From: a bacterium
GTDB lineage: Bacteria; Omnitrophota; Gorgyraeia; Zapsychrales; Zapsychraceae
Reading direction: 5' to 3'
Length of the DNA stretch: 64,000 bases
Assembly (NCBI GenBank): GCA_030429765.1
Contig: JAUIER010000009.1
Coordinates: forward strand, 49,941 to 113,940
Below are positions 28,710-39,476 of this stretch, in pieces. Each line of letters begins with the position of its first letter. The first letter of the stretch is position 1. The notes below the pieces were generated by a model, which was not told the DNA's origin, made no database searches, and was given only the letters and a program-made list of their open reading frames with translations. Both the position numbers and the translations under genes were made by a program.

Positions 28710-30527
28710 ATGGATAATTATGACTACGGCATGATCGGAAATTGTTCCAGTGCCGCTTTAATCAGCAAAGATTGCAGTGTGGACTGGCTGTGCCTTCCGA
28801 ATTTTGATTCATCGTCCCTATTTGCCAAGATCCTCGACGATGAGAAGGGCGGATATTTCAAAATCAGCGGGGTGGATGTCATCAAGACAAAGCAAGAGTA
28901 TATCCGTTTTACCGCTATTCTGAAAACAACGTTTGAGACACGGGATGGAATTTTTGAGGTCAACGATTACATGCCGCGATTCGGAAACTCGAGGGGAAGC
29001 TACTATTGCCCTGCCGAGATTCATCGAAAACTGCGGGTCATTGCCGGGAAACCTAAGATCCGCATCGAACTCTTTCCCAAACCCAATTACGCGCTCGGTG
29101 AGCCGGATTGCAAGATCAAGCACGATTACATCAAAATCACCTCTACGCAGGGCCATTACAACAGTTTCTACTTCTACAGTAACATGGATTATGAGAAGAT
29201 CCTCAGCGGTCAGACCATTGAGCTGGATACCTACGCGTACTGTCTGTTGTCCTATCATGAGAAGCTGGATGAGGTGTCCAACGACAAGATGTTTATGGAT
29301 TACGAACGCACCAAGTCCTACTGGCTGGAATGGATACAACGCACGAAATTTAACGGCAACTACAAGGAAGAATTTCAACGTTCGGCCATCACGTTGAAGA
29401 TGCTGATGTATCAGCGCACCGGTGCGGTATTGGCGGCGCCGACAACATCGTTGCCGGAGATCATCGGGCGAGACCGCAACTGGGACTATCGCTATTGCTG
29501 GATCCGTGACGGGGCCATGATCGTGGATACGTATGTACGGATTGGTCACATTCAGTCGGCCGACGGTTTTATCGATTTTATCCTCAATCGGATGCAGCTG
29601 AAGCACGAGGATATCGGCGTCATGTACGGTATCAACGGGGAAGAAAAGCTGGATGAATTTACGCTGGACCACCTCTCCGGGTACAAGGATTCAAAACCCG
29701 TAAGAATCGGCAACGCGGCGTACACACAGAAGCAGAACGATCTCTACGGGGAATTGATTGAGACAATTTACACCTATTTCTATATCAACCGGCGCGGCAG
29801 TTTTCAACTCAACGAGGAGATCTGGACCATGGTCCGGTCGCTGGTCAACCGGGTGCGGGACTGCTGGCGGGAGAAGGACAGCGGAATTTGGGAACGGCGG
29901 GAGGCCATGCAGCATTACACGCATTCCAAGCTGATGGCGTGGGTGGCGATGGACCGGGCCTGCAAAATTGCCAAATTCGTCAATAAACCCCAATATATTG
30001 AGATCTGGAAGGGGATGGCGGATGAAATCAAGGAAGATATTTTAAAGAATGCGTGGAATGAAAAGTTAAAATGCTTTACAATGTATTACGGTTCAGAATA
30101 CTACGACGCTTCCCTTTTGCTGATGCTCCATTACGGATTTCTGCCTCCGGATGATCCGCGTATGCAATCTACGGTTGAGGTATATTACCAGCATCTGGTA
30201 CAGAACGGTTTCTGTTTCCGCTATGTCGCCGAGGATGAGTTCGGCGCGCCGGAAAATGCCTTTGTCGTATGTACGTTCTGGATGATCAATGCCTTGTATT
30301 TGATCGGTGAAGAGAAGAAGGCCCGGGAGATGTTTGAGGGTATTCTGGCGTGTTCCAATCATTTGGGGCTGCTCGCGGAAGATGTCGAGATCAAAAGCCG
30401 GCGCCAAACCGGAAATTTCCCGCAGGGATATTCGCATTTGGCATTGATTCAAACCGTGCTCTTGCTGGAAACGGCCTACAATTGGAGCGATACGTTTTCA
30501 GCAAAAACAAATAACTATACCGTTTAA
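28710..30527 (+). CDS. Glycoside hydrolase family 15 (glucoamylase/trehalase-like)
   Basis: AAPTTSLPE, RNWDYRYCWIRD, DSGIWE, GLLAE, GNFPQGYSHLALI. Confidence 0.92.
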   Translation: MDNYDYGMIGNCSSAALISKDCSVDWLCLPNFDSSSLFAKILDDEKGGYFKISGVDVIKTKQEYIRFTAILKTTFETRDGIFEVNDYMPRFGNSRGSYYCPAEIHRKLRVIAGKPKIRIELFPKPNYALGEPDCKIKHDYIKITSTQGHYNSFYFYSNMDYEKILSGQTIELDTYAYCLLSYHEKLDEVSNDKMFMDYERTKSYWLEWIQRTKFNGNYKEEFQRSAITLKMLMYQRTGAVLAAPTTSLPEIIGRDRNWDYRYCWIRDGAMIVDTYVRIGHIQSADGFIDFILNRMQLKHEDIGVMYGINGEEKLDEFTLDHLSGYKDSKPVRIGNAAYTQKQNDLYGELIETIYTYFYINRRGSFQLNEEIWTMVRSLVNRVRDCWREKDSGIWERREAMQHYTHSKLMAWVAMDRACKIAKFVNKPQYIEIWKGMADEIKEDILKNAWNEKLKCFTMYYGSEYYDASLLLMLHYGFLPPDDPRMQSTVEVYYQHLVQNGFCFRYVAEDEFGAPENAFVVCTFWMINALYLIGEEKKAREMFEGILACSNHLGLLAEDVEIKSRRQTGNFPQGYSHLALIQTVLLLETAYNWSDTFSAKTNNYTV

Positions 30528-30543
30528 CCGTAAGGAGGAGTCA

Positions 30544-31107
30544 GTGAGATTACAGTCAACGCTATTTATTCTTTTGGTTTCATTTCTCATGATTGGCTGC
30601 GCGCACACGCAAAGCCCGACGGCCGTTAACAGTCTTCAAATCAAGGTGGCTCAGCTCGAGCGAAAGGTGCTGGACAGAGATCGTCAAATCACCGATTTGC
30701 AGGCACAGGTTCAGTCACTGGATAGTCAGTTAAGTGAAATTGATACAATTGAATACGAGCTTCCTGCGGAAGATTATACCTATCGACAACCTGAACGACG
30801 AACTTATCAAGCCCAAACACGACGTCCTTACATCGAAGACACATATACTGAGGTCGAAACGTACGTTGAACCGGTGGTGCGCAAAGAACCGGCCAAGAAA
30901 GACACACGTATTATTCGCGTATCCGCATCGGCCAGAGATATCCAGCAGGCGTTGAAGAATGCCGGATACTATACAGGCAAAATAGACGGAAAATTCGGCC
31001 GTCAATCCAAGAAGGCCGTCACGGCTTTTCAGACCGATCACAATCTCAAGGCTGACGGCATCATCGGTCGTGCGACTTGGGGTGAACTCAAGACATACCT
31101 GGAATAG
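30544..31107 (+). CDS. Lipoprotein with coiled coil and peptidoglycan-binding domain
   Basis: Lipobox MIGC; IQQALKNAGYY.G.IDG.FG...AV.AFQ...L.ADGIIG..TW (PG_binding_1). Confidence 0.85.
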   Translation: MRLQSTLFILLVSFLMIGCAHTQSPTAVNSLQIKVAQLERKVLDRDRQITDLQAQVQSLDSQLSEIDTIEYELPAEDYTYRQPERRTYQAQTRRPYIEDTYTEVETYVEPVVRKEPAKKDTRIIRVSASARDIQQALKNAGYYTGKIDGKFGRQSKKAVTAFQTDHNLKADGIIGRATWGELKTYLE

Positions 31108-31119
31108 GTCCTTGAACGC

Positions 31120-31935
31120 ATGCCGAACACAAGCGTCAGTATTCTGGGATGCGGCTGGCTAGGATTACCGTTGGCGCGGCGTCTCGCCGCAGAAAATTGG
31201 TCGGTTAAAGGATCCACGACTCACCCCGAGAAGCTGAAAGTGCTGGATCAGTATGAAATTGATCCGTACCATATCACGTGTGATCCCCGGATTCAGGGCG
31301 ATCGCCTTGATCATTTCTTTCATTCCGACGAATTGTTTTTAAATATTCCCTTCAAACGCGGCCTGCCTGATCCGGCCTTTTATCACACCCAAATTCATTC
31401 GGTTTTACAGCATGCCAAACAAGGGGCGGTTAAACGCGTTTTTTTTGCCGGTTCGACTTCGGTATACCCGTCGCAGATCGGTATCGCGCGGGAAGACATG
31501 GTGATTGATCCCGACACAGAACGCGCCAAGGTTCTTGGGCAGATTGAAGAGGATTTGATTTCCGATAAGGATGTATCGGCCGTCATCCTGAGATTTAGTG
31601 GTCTGTACGGCGGATCCCGTGAACTCGGAAAATTTATGCAGGCCGGACGCTCGGATCAGCGCAGAGGTCGCTCGCCGGTCAATCTTGTCCATCTCGATGA
31701 TTGTGTGGAAATCGTAAGCCGTTTGTTGGCTTCGGATATTGCCAACGAGATCTTTAATATCTGTGCGGATGAACATCCGTCCCGCGAAGAACTTTATCAG
31801 GCGAAGGCCCGGCAGCTGGGATTGCCGGTTCCACAATTTAACGATGCGGCCGAGCCCGACCAAAAAATTGTCTGTAATCAAAAGATCAAGGAGCGGCTTG
31901 ACTATACCTTTATACATCCTGATCCGCGTTTCTGA
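31120..31935 (+). CDS. NAD(P)-binding epimerase/SDR-like protein (YeeZ-like)
   Basis: ILGCGWLG, GSTT, STSVY, LRFSGLYG, VNLVH.DD. Confidence 0.85.
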   Translation: MPNTSVSILGCGWLGLPLARRLAAENWSVKGSTTHPEKLKVLDQYEIDPYHITCDPRIQGDRLDHFFHSDELFLNIPFKRGLPDPAFYHTQIHSVLQHAKQGAVKRVFFAGSTSVYPSQIGIAREDMVIDPDTERAKVLGQIEEDLISDKDVSAVILRFSGLYGGSRELGKFMQAGRSDQRRGRSPVNLVHLDDCVEIVSRLLASDIANEIFNICADEHPSREELYQAKARQLGLPVPQFNDAAEPDQKIVCNQKIKERLDYTFIHPDPRF

Positions 31936-31947
31936 GTCGATTTGCCT

Positions 31948-33786
31948 ATGAACCTGTCGCTTAAAACCAGCGTCGTGATTGTCCTGCTTTTTCTGACGGG
32001 ATTTCTTCTCTACTCCAATACCTTCCACCATAGTTTTCATTTTGATGACTACGTCTTTATCGTTAATAATCCTGAGATAACGGATATCACCGATATTCGA
32101 CAAATCTGGAACGAAGGCAGCGCGCCGACCCGGTTTGTGACTTATCTGACCTTTGCTATTAATTATCATTTTCATCGGTTTGAGGAGTGGGGGTACCATC
32201 TCGGTAATATTGCCATTCACAGTATCAATAGCGGGCTGGTCTTCTGGCTGACATTACTGATTTTTCGCACGCCGACGGTGCAACGTCAGCATCTGCGGGA
32301 TCGTTCCTGGTCGGTGGCGATACTGACAGCCGCTTTGTTTCTGGTGCATCCCATGCAGACGCAGGCGGTCACTTATATCTGTCAGCGGTTTGCATCCTTG
32401 GCTACGTTGTTTTATTTGCTGACGGTCTGTTGGTATCTCAAGGCCCGTCTAGAGACGACGGGCGCGAAGCTCTACGTAACATTGGCCGTGATCTCGGCTG
32501 TATGCGGGATGTTTACCAAACAGATTGTGCTGACCTTGCCGATGATGATCGTGTTTCTGGAGATTTGTCTGTTTGAGCGATTTTCCCTCAAACAGATATG
32601 GAGCGGACGGAACGTGAAATGGTTGATCCTGTTGCTGGCTTTTTTGCTGTTGATCCCCGCCGTCTATCGATTTGATACAGCCTCCATTATCGGACGGGAG
32701 TTTGATTCATTGTCACACCGGGGAGATGTCCTGAACAGTCCACGTTATTTGCTAACGCAATTCCGCGTGATCTGGACATATATTCGCTTGATGGTGCTGC
32801 CCGTCGGACAAAACTTGCTGTATGATTTTCCCGCGTCCTACACCTTGTGGGAGGGGCGTACGCTGATGGGTTTAATCGGTCTAGGACTCTTGATAGGATT
32901 CGCCTATTGGTGCCGTCGGCGATTCGTCTTCGTGACACTTGGGATCGGCTGGTTTTTAATCGCTCTACTCGTGGAGTCGAGCATTATTCCGATCCGACAA
33001 GTCATCTTTGAGCATCGCTGCTATCTGCCGTCATATGGATGGATGCTGATGACCGCGGCCGTGCTGGTCCGGTTTTTGTCAACGCCCCAAAGGTTGTGGT
33101 CGGTCAGCGCGATGGTTCTGATAACGCTCGCCATACTAACATATCAGCGTAACCAGGTGTGGAGGGATGGGATTACACTTTGGACGGACGTCCTTGCTAA
33201 ATCCCCGAATATGATCCGGCCATACACGCATCTGGCGACGGCATATCTCAACGCCGGTCGATTGGATGAGGCGATTGACATCTACACACGCGGGATAGAG
33301 GTCGATCCTCAGCGTGCCGAGTCCTATAATAATCGCGGCAACGTGTATGTGATCCGACGGCAGTATGATATGGCTCTGAAGGATTACAAAAAGGCGCTGT
33401 CTCTGGATGATTCCCTCGTCAAGACCTATAACAATGTCGGGATTATTTATAACCGGCAGAAAAATTTTCCAGAGGCCTTGAAGTACTATAATAAGGCATT
33501 GGAGCTGGATGATCAAAATTCGGGAGCTTACTTTAATCGGGCCAATATCTATTTGCAGTTAAATCAGTTGGAGGCGGCGTTCAAGGATTATTCCCGGAGC
33601 CTCGAGCTGGATCCGTTTAAAAAGCGCGCGTTGTACTACCGCTCACAAATTTATGCGGTCAATCAGGATTACCGTCGAGCCCTGGAGGATATCCTCAAAG
33701 CCCAGGAACTGGGGCTGAAGGTTGATGCGGCGTATATCAATGATCTTAGGAAACAAATCCAACTTCAGAAAGGACAAGGGTTTTGA
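31948..33786 (+). CDS. TMTC-like membrane glycosyltransferase with TPR repeats
   Basis: F.FDD motif, YH..N..IH, HPMQTQAVTYI.QR, EHRCYLPS, RN.VW....LW, C-terminal TPRs. Confidence 0.85.
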   Translation: MNLSLKTSVVIVLLFLTGFLLYSNTFHHSFHFDDYVFIVNNPEITDITDIRQIWNEGSAPTRFVTYLTFAINYHFHRFEEWGYHLGNIAIHSINSGLVFWLTLLIFRTPTVQRQHLRDRSWSVAILTAALFLVHPMQTQAVTYICQRFASLATLFYLLTVCWYLKARLETTGAKLYVTLAVISAVCGMFTKQIVLTLPMMIVFLEICLFERFSLKQIWSGRNVKWLILLLAFLLLIPAVYRFDTASIIGREFDSLSHRGDVLNSPRYLLTQFRVIWTYIRLMVLPVGQNLLYDFPASYTLWEGRTLMGLIGLGLLIGFAYWCRRRFVFVTLGIGWFLIALLVESSIIPIRQVIFEHRCYLPSYGWMLMTAAVLVRFLSTPQRLWSVSAMVLITLAILTYQRNQVWRDGITLWTDVLAKSPNMIRPYTHLATAYLNAGRLDEAIDIYTRGIEVDPQRAESYNNRGNVYVIRRQYDMALKDYKKALSLDDSLVKTYNNVGIIYNRQKNFPEALKYYNKALELDDQNSGAYFNRANIYLQLNQLEAAFKDYSRSLELDPFKKRALYYRSQIYAVNQDYRRALEDILKAQELGLKVDAAYINDLRKQIQLQKGQGF

Positions 33787-36023
33787 AGCGTTGGGGGAGA
33801 TGGATTAGTCCGATCGCGATCATTGTGTTCGGATTGGCCATTTATTCAAATAATTATAATTGCGGATGGCATTTTGATGACTTGAGTTATATCGTCAACA
33901 ATCCGACCATCCGCTCATTATCTGATATCCGATCGATCTGGGAGCGGTTAACGGCGCCCGGCCGGACGCTCGTGCTGTATTCGTTTGCGCTGAATTATCA
34001 TTTCGGAAAGACGGATGTCTTTGGTTATCATGTTGTTAACAATCTGATTCACATCATCACATCGCTCGGTGTGTGGTGGCTGGCCCGTCTGATCTTTGCG
34101 ACACCAAATTTGGTTAAAAATAAGCTGTGTCGCCGTCGAGAGTGGGCCGCGTTATTCGTTGCCTTGATATTTGCCGCGCACCCGATTCAGACGCAGGCCA
34201 TAACCTATATTTGTCAGCGCTTTGCGTCGATGGCAACGATGTTTTATGTGTTGTGCGTGGCCAGTTACCTGCGGGGACGTTTGTATCCCTCGGGGCGATG
34301 GCTGTTTTTTTTATTATCCGGTTTGTTTGCGGTTTGCGGGATGTTCAGTAAACAGATAACGATTACAATTCCATTGGCGATTGCGATGATTGAATGGATC
34401 TTTCTACAGCCGGATGTCCGGTTAAGGGATTTATGCAGAAAGATCAAATGGCGTTATGTCCTTCCTGTTTTAGGATTCCTGCTGATTGTTCCAGCGCTGT
34501 ATGCCTTTGATATCCGCGGGATTTTGAGTATCTATCATGCATCGTCAGGATCCTACCGGGGGGAACCGGTGGACAGTTATCATTATTTTCTAACGCAATC
34601 GAGGGTGATTCTGACGTACCTGCGATTGTTGTTTGTGCCGATTGGACAGAATCTGCTGTATGACTTTCAGATGTCCAAGTCCTGGTTTGAGCCGAGGACA
34701 CTGGGTGCGTTTCTGCTGCTCGGATGTATGTTGGTGTCGGCCTTGAGGATCCGCGTCCGTCACCGCGTTATGACATTTGGTATCTTGTGGTTTTTTCTGA
34801 CGCTTCTCGTCGAGTCGAGTATTATTCCTATCCGTCATGTGATCTTCGAGCATCGGGTTTATCTGCCCAGTGTGGGGTTTTCTTTTTTCATCGTGGGCGT
34901 GATGTATGCGTTGATCAATGCCGATCGAAAAAGACAGATTACGTTGTTGATTATCATCTTCACCCTGGGATTTTTAACCTTTCAGCGGAACAAGGTTTGG
35001 AAAGATGAGCTAACCCTATGGGCCGACGTTAAGGCCAAGTCGCCTCATAAGATGCGTCCGTACCTGAATACCGGTATTGCTTATTCAGAGCGGGGTGAAT
35101 TTGATAAAGCGATTTACGAATTTAACCGGGCCCTGGAAAAGAATCCGCGCAGTATTATGGTGATGAACAACAAGGGCGTGTTGTATACCAAGACGCATCA
35201 GTTTGATTTTGCGATCGCGGAATTCAATCGGGCGTTGGAATTGTCTGAAGATTGGCCTGAGGTTTGGAATAATCGTGGGGATGCCTACCGTCACAAAAAA
35301 GATTATCAGCGGGCGCTGGATGACTACAACGTGGCCCTCGATAAGAAGCCGGAGCAGTATCGTACCTTAAGTAACCGTGGTGTGGTGTTGACGCATCTGG
35401 GACGTTATCAGGAAGCGCTTGAAGATTTTAATGCGGCTATTGCCGTCGATCCGGATTTTATAGAGGCGTATCAGAATCGCGGCAATCTGTTCGGGATGCT
35501 CAAGCGGTATGAAGAGGCGGCGGCCGACTTCACACGTGTCATTCAAGCCAATCCGGAAGTGCCGGAGATATACAACAACCGGGGGAATGCCTATCGAAAA
35601 CTCAAAGAGGATGATAAGGCGTTGGCGGACTATAATCGCGCGCTTGAGCTGCGTCCTGATTTTGCCGAAGCCCTCAACAATCGGGGGATTATGTACCGTA
35701 ATCAAAAAGACTATGATCGGGCATTGTTGGATTATAACCGGGCGATAGAATTGGATCCAAATTACTTGAGCGCACTCAACAATCGGGCCAATCTTTATAA
35801 ATTGATGAACCGGAACGATTTATCTATCAAGGACTTCAACCGGGCGATCGGGATCAGTCCTCAAACACCATACTTGTATTACAATCGGGCCAAGCTGTGG
35901 ATCGCGCAGAAAAATTTCAATCATGCCTTAAAAGATGCCGAGCGCGCCAAGGCGCTTGGTTATGGTCCGGCGGTTGATCTGGTCGAACGTCTCATTCAAT
36001 TCCGAAATGCGCAGAAAAAGTAA
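33783..36023 (+). CDS. Second TMTC-like membrane glycosyltransferase with about 9 TPR repeats
   Basis: Same motifs as the upstream paralogue (HFDD, HPIQTQAITYICQR, EHRVYLPS) and a longer TPR array. Confidence 0.85.
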   Translation: MKRWGRWISPIAIIVFGLAIYSNNYNCGWHFDDLSYIVNNPTIRSLSDIRSIWERLTAPGRTLVLYSFALNYHFGKTDVFGYHVVNNLIHIITSLGVWWLARLIFATPNLVKNKLCRRREWAALFVALIFAAHPIQTQAITYICQRFASMATMFYVLCVASYLRGRLYPSGRWLFFLLSGLFAVCGMFSKQITITIPLAIAMIEWIFLQPDVRLRDLCRKIKWRYVLPVLGFLLIVPALYAFDIRGILSIYHASSGSYRGEPVDSYHYFLTQSRVILTYLRLLFVPIGQNLLYDFQMSKSWFEPRTLGAFLLLGCMLVSALRIRVRHRVMTFGILWFFLTLLVESSIIPIRHVIFEHRVYLPSVGFSFFIVGVMYALINADRKRQITLLIIIFTLGFLTFQRNKVWKDELTLWADVKAKSPHKMRPYLNTGIAYSERGEFDKAIYEFNRALEKNPRSIMVMNNKGVLYTKTHQFDFAIAEFNRALELSEDWPEVWNNRGDAYRHKKDYQRALDDYNVALDKKPEQYRTLSNRGVVLTHLGRYQEALEDFNAAIAVDPDFIEAYQNRGNLFGMLKRYEEAAADFTRVIQANPEVPEIYNNRGNAYRKLKEDDKALADYNRALELRPDFAEALNNRGIMYRNQKDYDRALLDYNRAIELDPNYLSALNNRANLYKLMNRNDLSIKDFNRAIGISPQTPYLYYNRAKLWIAQKNFNHALKDAERAKALGYGPAVDLVERLIQFRNAQKK

Positions 36024-36963
36024 TTCACAGCCGCAAGTCTTAACCGTGACGATGAGTCCGTGCGTCGATTATCTCTATCAGTACCGGTCGCGCGGGCGTT
36101 TGTATGTGGTGAAACATGCTCAGGCTATGGCCGGCGGCAAAGGGATCAACGTATCGCGGAGCCTCAGGGCGATGGGGATTCCAAGCGTCGCGCTGGGATT
36201 GAACGGCGGACGCAACGGGGAGATGCTCAGATCACTACTACGTAAAGAACGGATTGAGAACGCTTTTACGGAGATTCAGGCTGAGACACGGGCCAGTCAG
36301 ACATTGGAGGGCGTAGGGCAGTCCGAGCCGTGGCGAATATTTCAGCGAACGCCGGCCGTTACAAGACAGGAATGCGAATTATTTCTGCGTCAGTATCGTA
36401 AATTGTTACCATCGGTGTCAGTGGTGGTGATCAGCGGCCGGATGGCTGATGGGTTATCTAAAACATTTTTATCGAAATTGATTAATCTAACACATCAGTA
36501 TGCTGTCAGGGTGATGCTCGATACCAGCGGGGAGTTAATGTTATCCGGAGTGAAGGCGCGTCCGTGGATGATCAAGCCCAATCGTCACGAGGCGCAGGCA
36601 TTGACAGGGGTTTCTATCAAGCGTTTTCCCGACGCTGTGCGTGCAATGAAGCGTCTCAAGCGACATCACATCGAGAATATTTTTATCACTCTAGATCGGG
36701 ACGGAGCAATCGGTTGCAATCAAAATCATTTGTGGTATGCTAAGGCACCTAAGGTTGACCACGTCAGTGCCGTGGGTTGCGGCGACGCGTTTGTGGCCGG
36801 ATTCTGCTGTTCGATATTGCGGGGGCATTCGTTTGAGGACGGCTTTCGATACGCCGTGGCCGCAGGCAGCGACAGTGTCAGGCGCTTAGTTCCAGGAGGT
36901 ATCTGTCCGGATACCGTTGACCGATTGTCTCAAAAAATAAAGATCAAAAAATACAAGCTATAG
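36007..36963 (+). CDS. 1-phosphofructokinase-family (PfkB) sugar kinase
   Basis: AGGKGINVSR, ETR, IKPN..E, VGCGDAFVAG; start uncertain. Confidence 0.85.
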   Translation: MRRKSNSQPQVLTVTMSPCVDYLYQYRSRGRLYVVKHAQAMAGGKGINVSRSLRAMGIPSVALGLNGGRNGEMLRSLLRKERIENAFTEIQAETRASQTLEGVGQSEPWRIFQRTPAVTRQECELFLRQYRKLLPSVSVVVISGRMADGLSKTFLSKLINLTHQYAVRVMLDTSGELMLSGVKARPWMIKPNRHEAQALTGVSIKRFPDAVRAMKRLKRHHIENIFITLDRDGAIGCNQNHLWYAKAPKVDHVSAVGCGDAFVAGFCCSILRGHSFEDGFRYAVAAGSDSVRRLVPGGICPDTVDRLSQKIKIKKYKL

Positions 36964-36979
36964 TTGCGAAAGGGGTTCT

Positions 36980-37615
36980 ATGGAAACGTTGGAAGTTGCT
37001 CCGGTAAATTCACACTATATCGACGATACAATTCGAAATGAGATTCTGGAATTCTCCAAGGATTTCAAAAAGTCATGGGTCGGGCTGGGCCGGCATCTCT
37101 ATGCCGTCTGGGAAGATAAATTATTCCGGGCCTGGGGCTTTGATTCTTTCGAAGATTATATTGAAGGTGAGGTCGGCCTGCAGAAGTCATTGGGTCTGAA
37201 GCTGCTCAAATCATATTTCTTTCTGGAGCAGGACGAGCCGCAGTATCTGGACGCCCAGTTTATGGATGAGCGTACCGCCGACAAGATCCCCGGGTATGAG
37301 GAGATCAATTTTCTTCGGTTGGCCAAATCCAAGAAAGAGCTCAATAAAAATGACTATGCCAAACTTAAAAAAGATGTATTTGATAAAGGTAAGCTAGCCA
37401 CAACCCTTCGCAAAGATCTGTCGACGCTCATGAAGGAGCGGAAGTATGTGGACCCCGAGGAAGAACGTGACGCCCGCAATGAGGCGGCGATTCGCCGGCT
37501 GATTACGTCGATCAAGACCTTCCAGAAGGACATGACGGCTCTTAAACTGATCCCTGAAGACATTGTCGATAATGCCAAAGATCTGCTCAGACGTCTGGAA
37601 GAGCAGCTGGATTGA
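36980..37615 (+). CDS. Hypothetical helical protein
   Basis: GGGG RBS, 211-aa charged helical ORF, no family recognised with confidence. Confidence 0.65.
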   Translation: METLEVAPVNSHYIDDTIRNEILEFSKDFKKSWVGLGRHLYAVWEDKLFRAWGFDSFEDYIEGEVGLQKSLGLKLLKSYFFLEQDEPQYLDAQFMDERTADKIPGYEEINFLRLAKSKKELNKNDYAKLKKDVFDKGKLATTLRKDLSTLMKERKYVDPEEERDARNEAAIRRLITSIKTFQKDMTALKLIPEDIVDNAKDLLRRLEEQLD

Positions 37616-37720
37616 TCCAGCCGGGAGAAAATCCGCTTGGCGCCCCCTTAAAATAGTTGATTTCTTCCTGTCAATTGCCCCCAGAACGGATAAAATGTTA
37701 AAGTAAATATTGGTTAAGAT

Positions 37721-38083
37721 ATGTCGAAGCGAATTCTAATTATTGACGATGAAGCCACCAACATCCGGATCATGCAGTCCCGGCTTACGGGGGAAGGGTA
37801 TGAAGTTGTCATCGCCCGTGATGGTGATGTGGGGCTGGAACGTGTTCAGAAAGAAAGTCCGGATCTGATTATCCTGGATATCGAAATGCCGCGTATGAAC
37901 GGCTATTTCTTTATTTCAGAACTCAAGAAACTGGGCGATCAGAAAGATATTCCCGTCATTGTGATCACCTCTCATGATGACATGGAGGCCGCGTTTGCTT
38001 CAAAAGGAATCCAGCATTACATGGTTAAGCCGATTGACTTTGATCAGTTGTTTAACAAAATTCAATCCATTCTCACCGCGTAG
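37721..38083 (+). CDS. Single-domain response regulator
   Basis: ILIIDDE, LDIEMPRMNG, ITS, KP. Confidence 0.9.
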   Translation: MSKRILIIDDEATNIRIMQSRLTGEGYEVVIARDGDVGLERVQKESPDLIILDIEMPRMNGYFFISELKKLGDQKDIPVIVITSHDDMEAAFASKGIQHYMVKPIDFDQLFNKIQSILTA

Positions 38084-38265
38084 TTTTTATTCCCGCCCGT
38101 CGAAAAATTACATTTAAAATGTTGATTTTAATTTCAATTAACACATAATGAAAAGGTATTCCTAAACGAACAAATTGCCTTATGTCTGAACTGTTGCGCG
38201 TGTGATTCAGTCTTATTGAGCAGACAGAGTCCCTGATCAACGTTTTACACTTAAGGAGACCGGCA

Positions 38266-39462
38266 ATGACAGATCCAAAGCAGATTCCTTTTTTGGTTCA
38301 ACTTCTCGACGACGAATCGATCGATGTTCAGGAAAAAGTCAGTCTTGAGCTGGATGCCTTCGGTCCATTGCTCAGAGACGAGATCCAGAAGATATCATTT
38401 CCGCTGACGGCTCGCCAAAAAGAAAATCTCGAAAATATATTTGAACATCATCAGCGAACACGGTTGCTTCAGTTTTGGCCGACGTGGTATGACCAGCGCG
38501 GATCCATGGAGAAATTGGAGTCGGCGCTGACGCTGTTAAGTGAATATTTAACGGTCTACGATTATCGTGTGCGTCTCAAGGATTTGCTGGATGAGTTGGC
38601 CGATAAATTTCAGCGGAAATATCAGTCACTTGATCCTAAACTTCTCGCGTATTACTTGTTTGATGAGGTCGGGATGAAGGGGAATGACGAAGAATATTAC
38701 AATCCGCAGAATAGTAATCCGATCTACGTGATCAACGAAAAACGCGGTATTCCGATCAGCCTGGTCTGTATCTACATGCTTGTCGGATATCGGGTCGGCA
38801 TTCCGATCGAGGGATGTCCGTTTCCCGGTCATTTTCTGGCCCGTATCGATCTTGATGGACAGATGGCATTTGTGGACTGCTACAGCTCCGGACAGATCAT
38901 TCTTGAACATGAGTTTACGAAATTCCGTGATGAGATCACCGAAAATATTGTTGAAGCCCTGGCCGAGCGGGTGTGCGCCGAGGATATTGTGCGGCGATAC
39001 TTGGCTAATCTGATCCGTGCGTTTCAGTTTGAAGAAGACAAGGAAGGTGGCGAATTGATGAATCGCTTGTTCTGTGATCTCGAGCAGCGGATGGCGGAGC
39101 GGAGGATCGCCCATATCACGCCGGATGAGATCATCGACGGGCCCCGCCCCAAATACCGTCCGGGAAATATTGTCAAACACGCCAAATATGGTTATCGCGG
39201 AATCATCGTCGGGATGGATCAGGAGTGCAAGGCCACGGATGATTGGTACTACGGTAATCAGACCCAGCCCGCCCGGGATCAGCCCTGGTTTCATCTGTTG
39301 GTCCATGACACAGAGCAGGTCACCTATGTGGCCGAGAATAACCTGGAGATTGATGGATCCCGCAAAGAGATAGTTCATCCGCTGCTGACGTATTTTTTCA
39401 CCCGTCTGGGTAACGGGCGTTATGTCCGCAACGAAAATGCCTGGCCGCAGACCGATTTTTAG
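38266..39462 (+). CDS. SirB1/transglutaminase-like domain fused to an HspQ (YccV-like) domain
   Basis: YYNPQNS, RGIPISL, FPGHFL; C-terminal G.IV.H..YGYRGIIV..D, QPWFH.LV, TYVAE.NL, HP. Confidence 0.8.
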   Translation: MTDPKQIPFLVQLLDDESIDVQEKVSLELDAFGPLLRDEIQKISFPLTARQKENLENIFEHHQRTRLLQFWPTWYDQRGSMEKLESALTLLSEYLTVYDYRVRLKDLLDELADKFQRKYQSLDPKLLAYYLFDEVGMKGNDEEYYNPQNSNPIYVINEKRGIPISLVCIYMLVGYRVGIPIEGCPFPGHFLARIDLDGQMAFVDCYSSGQIILEHEFTKFRDEITENIVEALAERVCAEDIVRRYLANLIRAFQFEEDKEGGELMNRLFCDLEQRMAERRIAHITPDEIIDGPRPKYRPGNIVKHAKYGYRGIIVGMDQECKATDDWYYGNQTQPARDQPWFHLLVHDTEQVTYVAENNLEIDGSRKEIVHPLLTYFFTRLGNGRYVRNENAWPQTDF

Positions 39463-39476
39463 GGGTGATAAGACTC

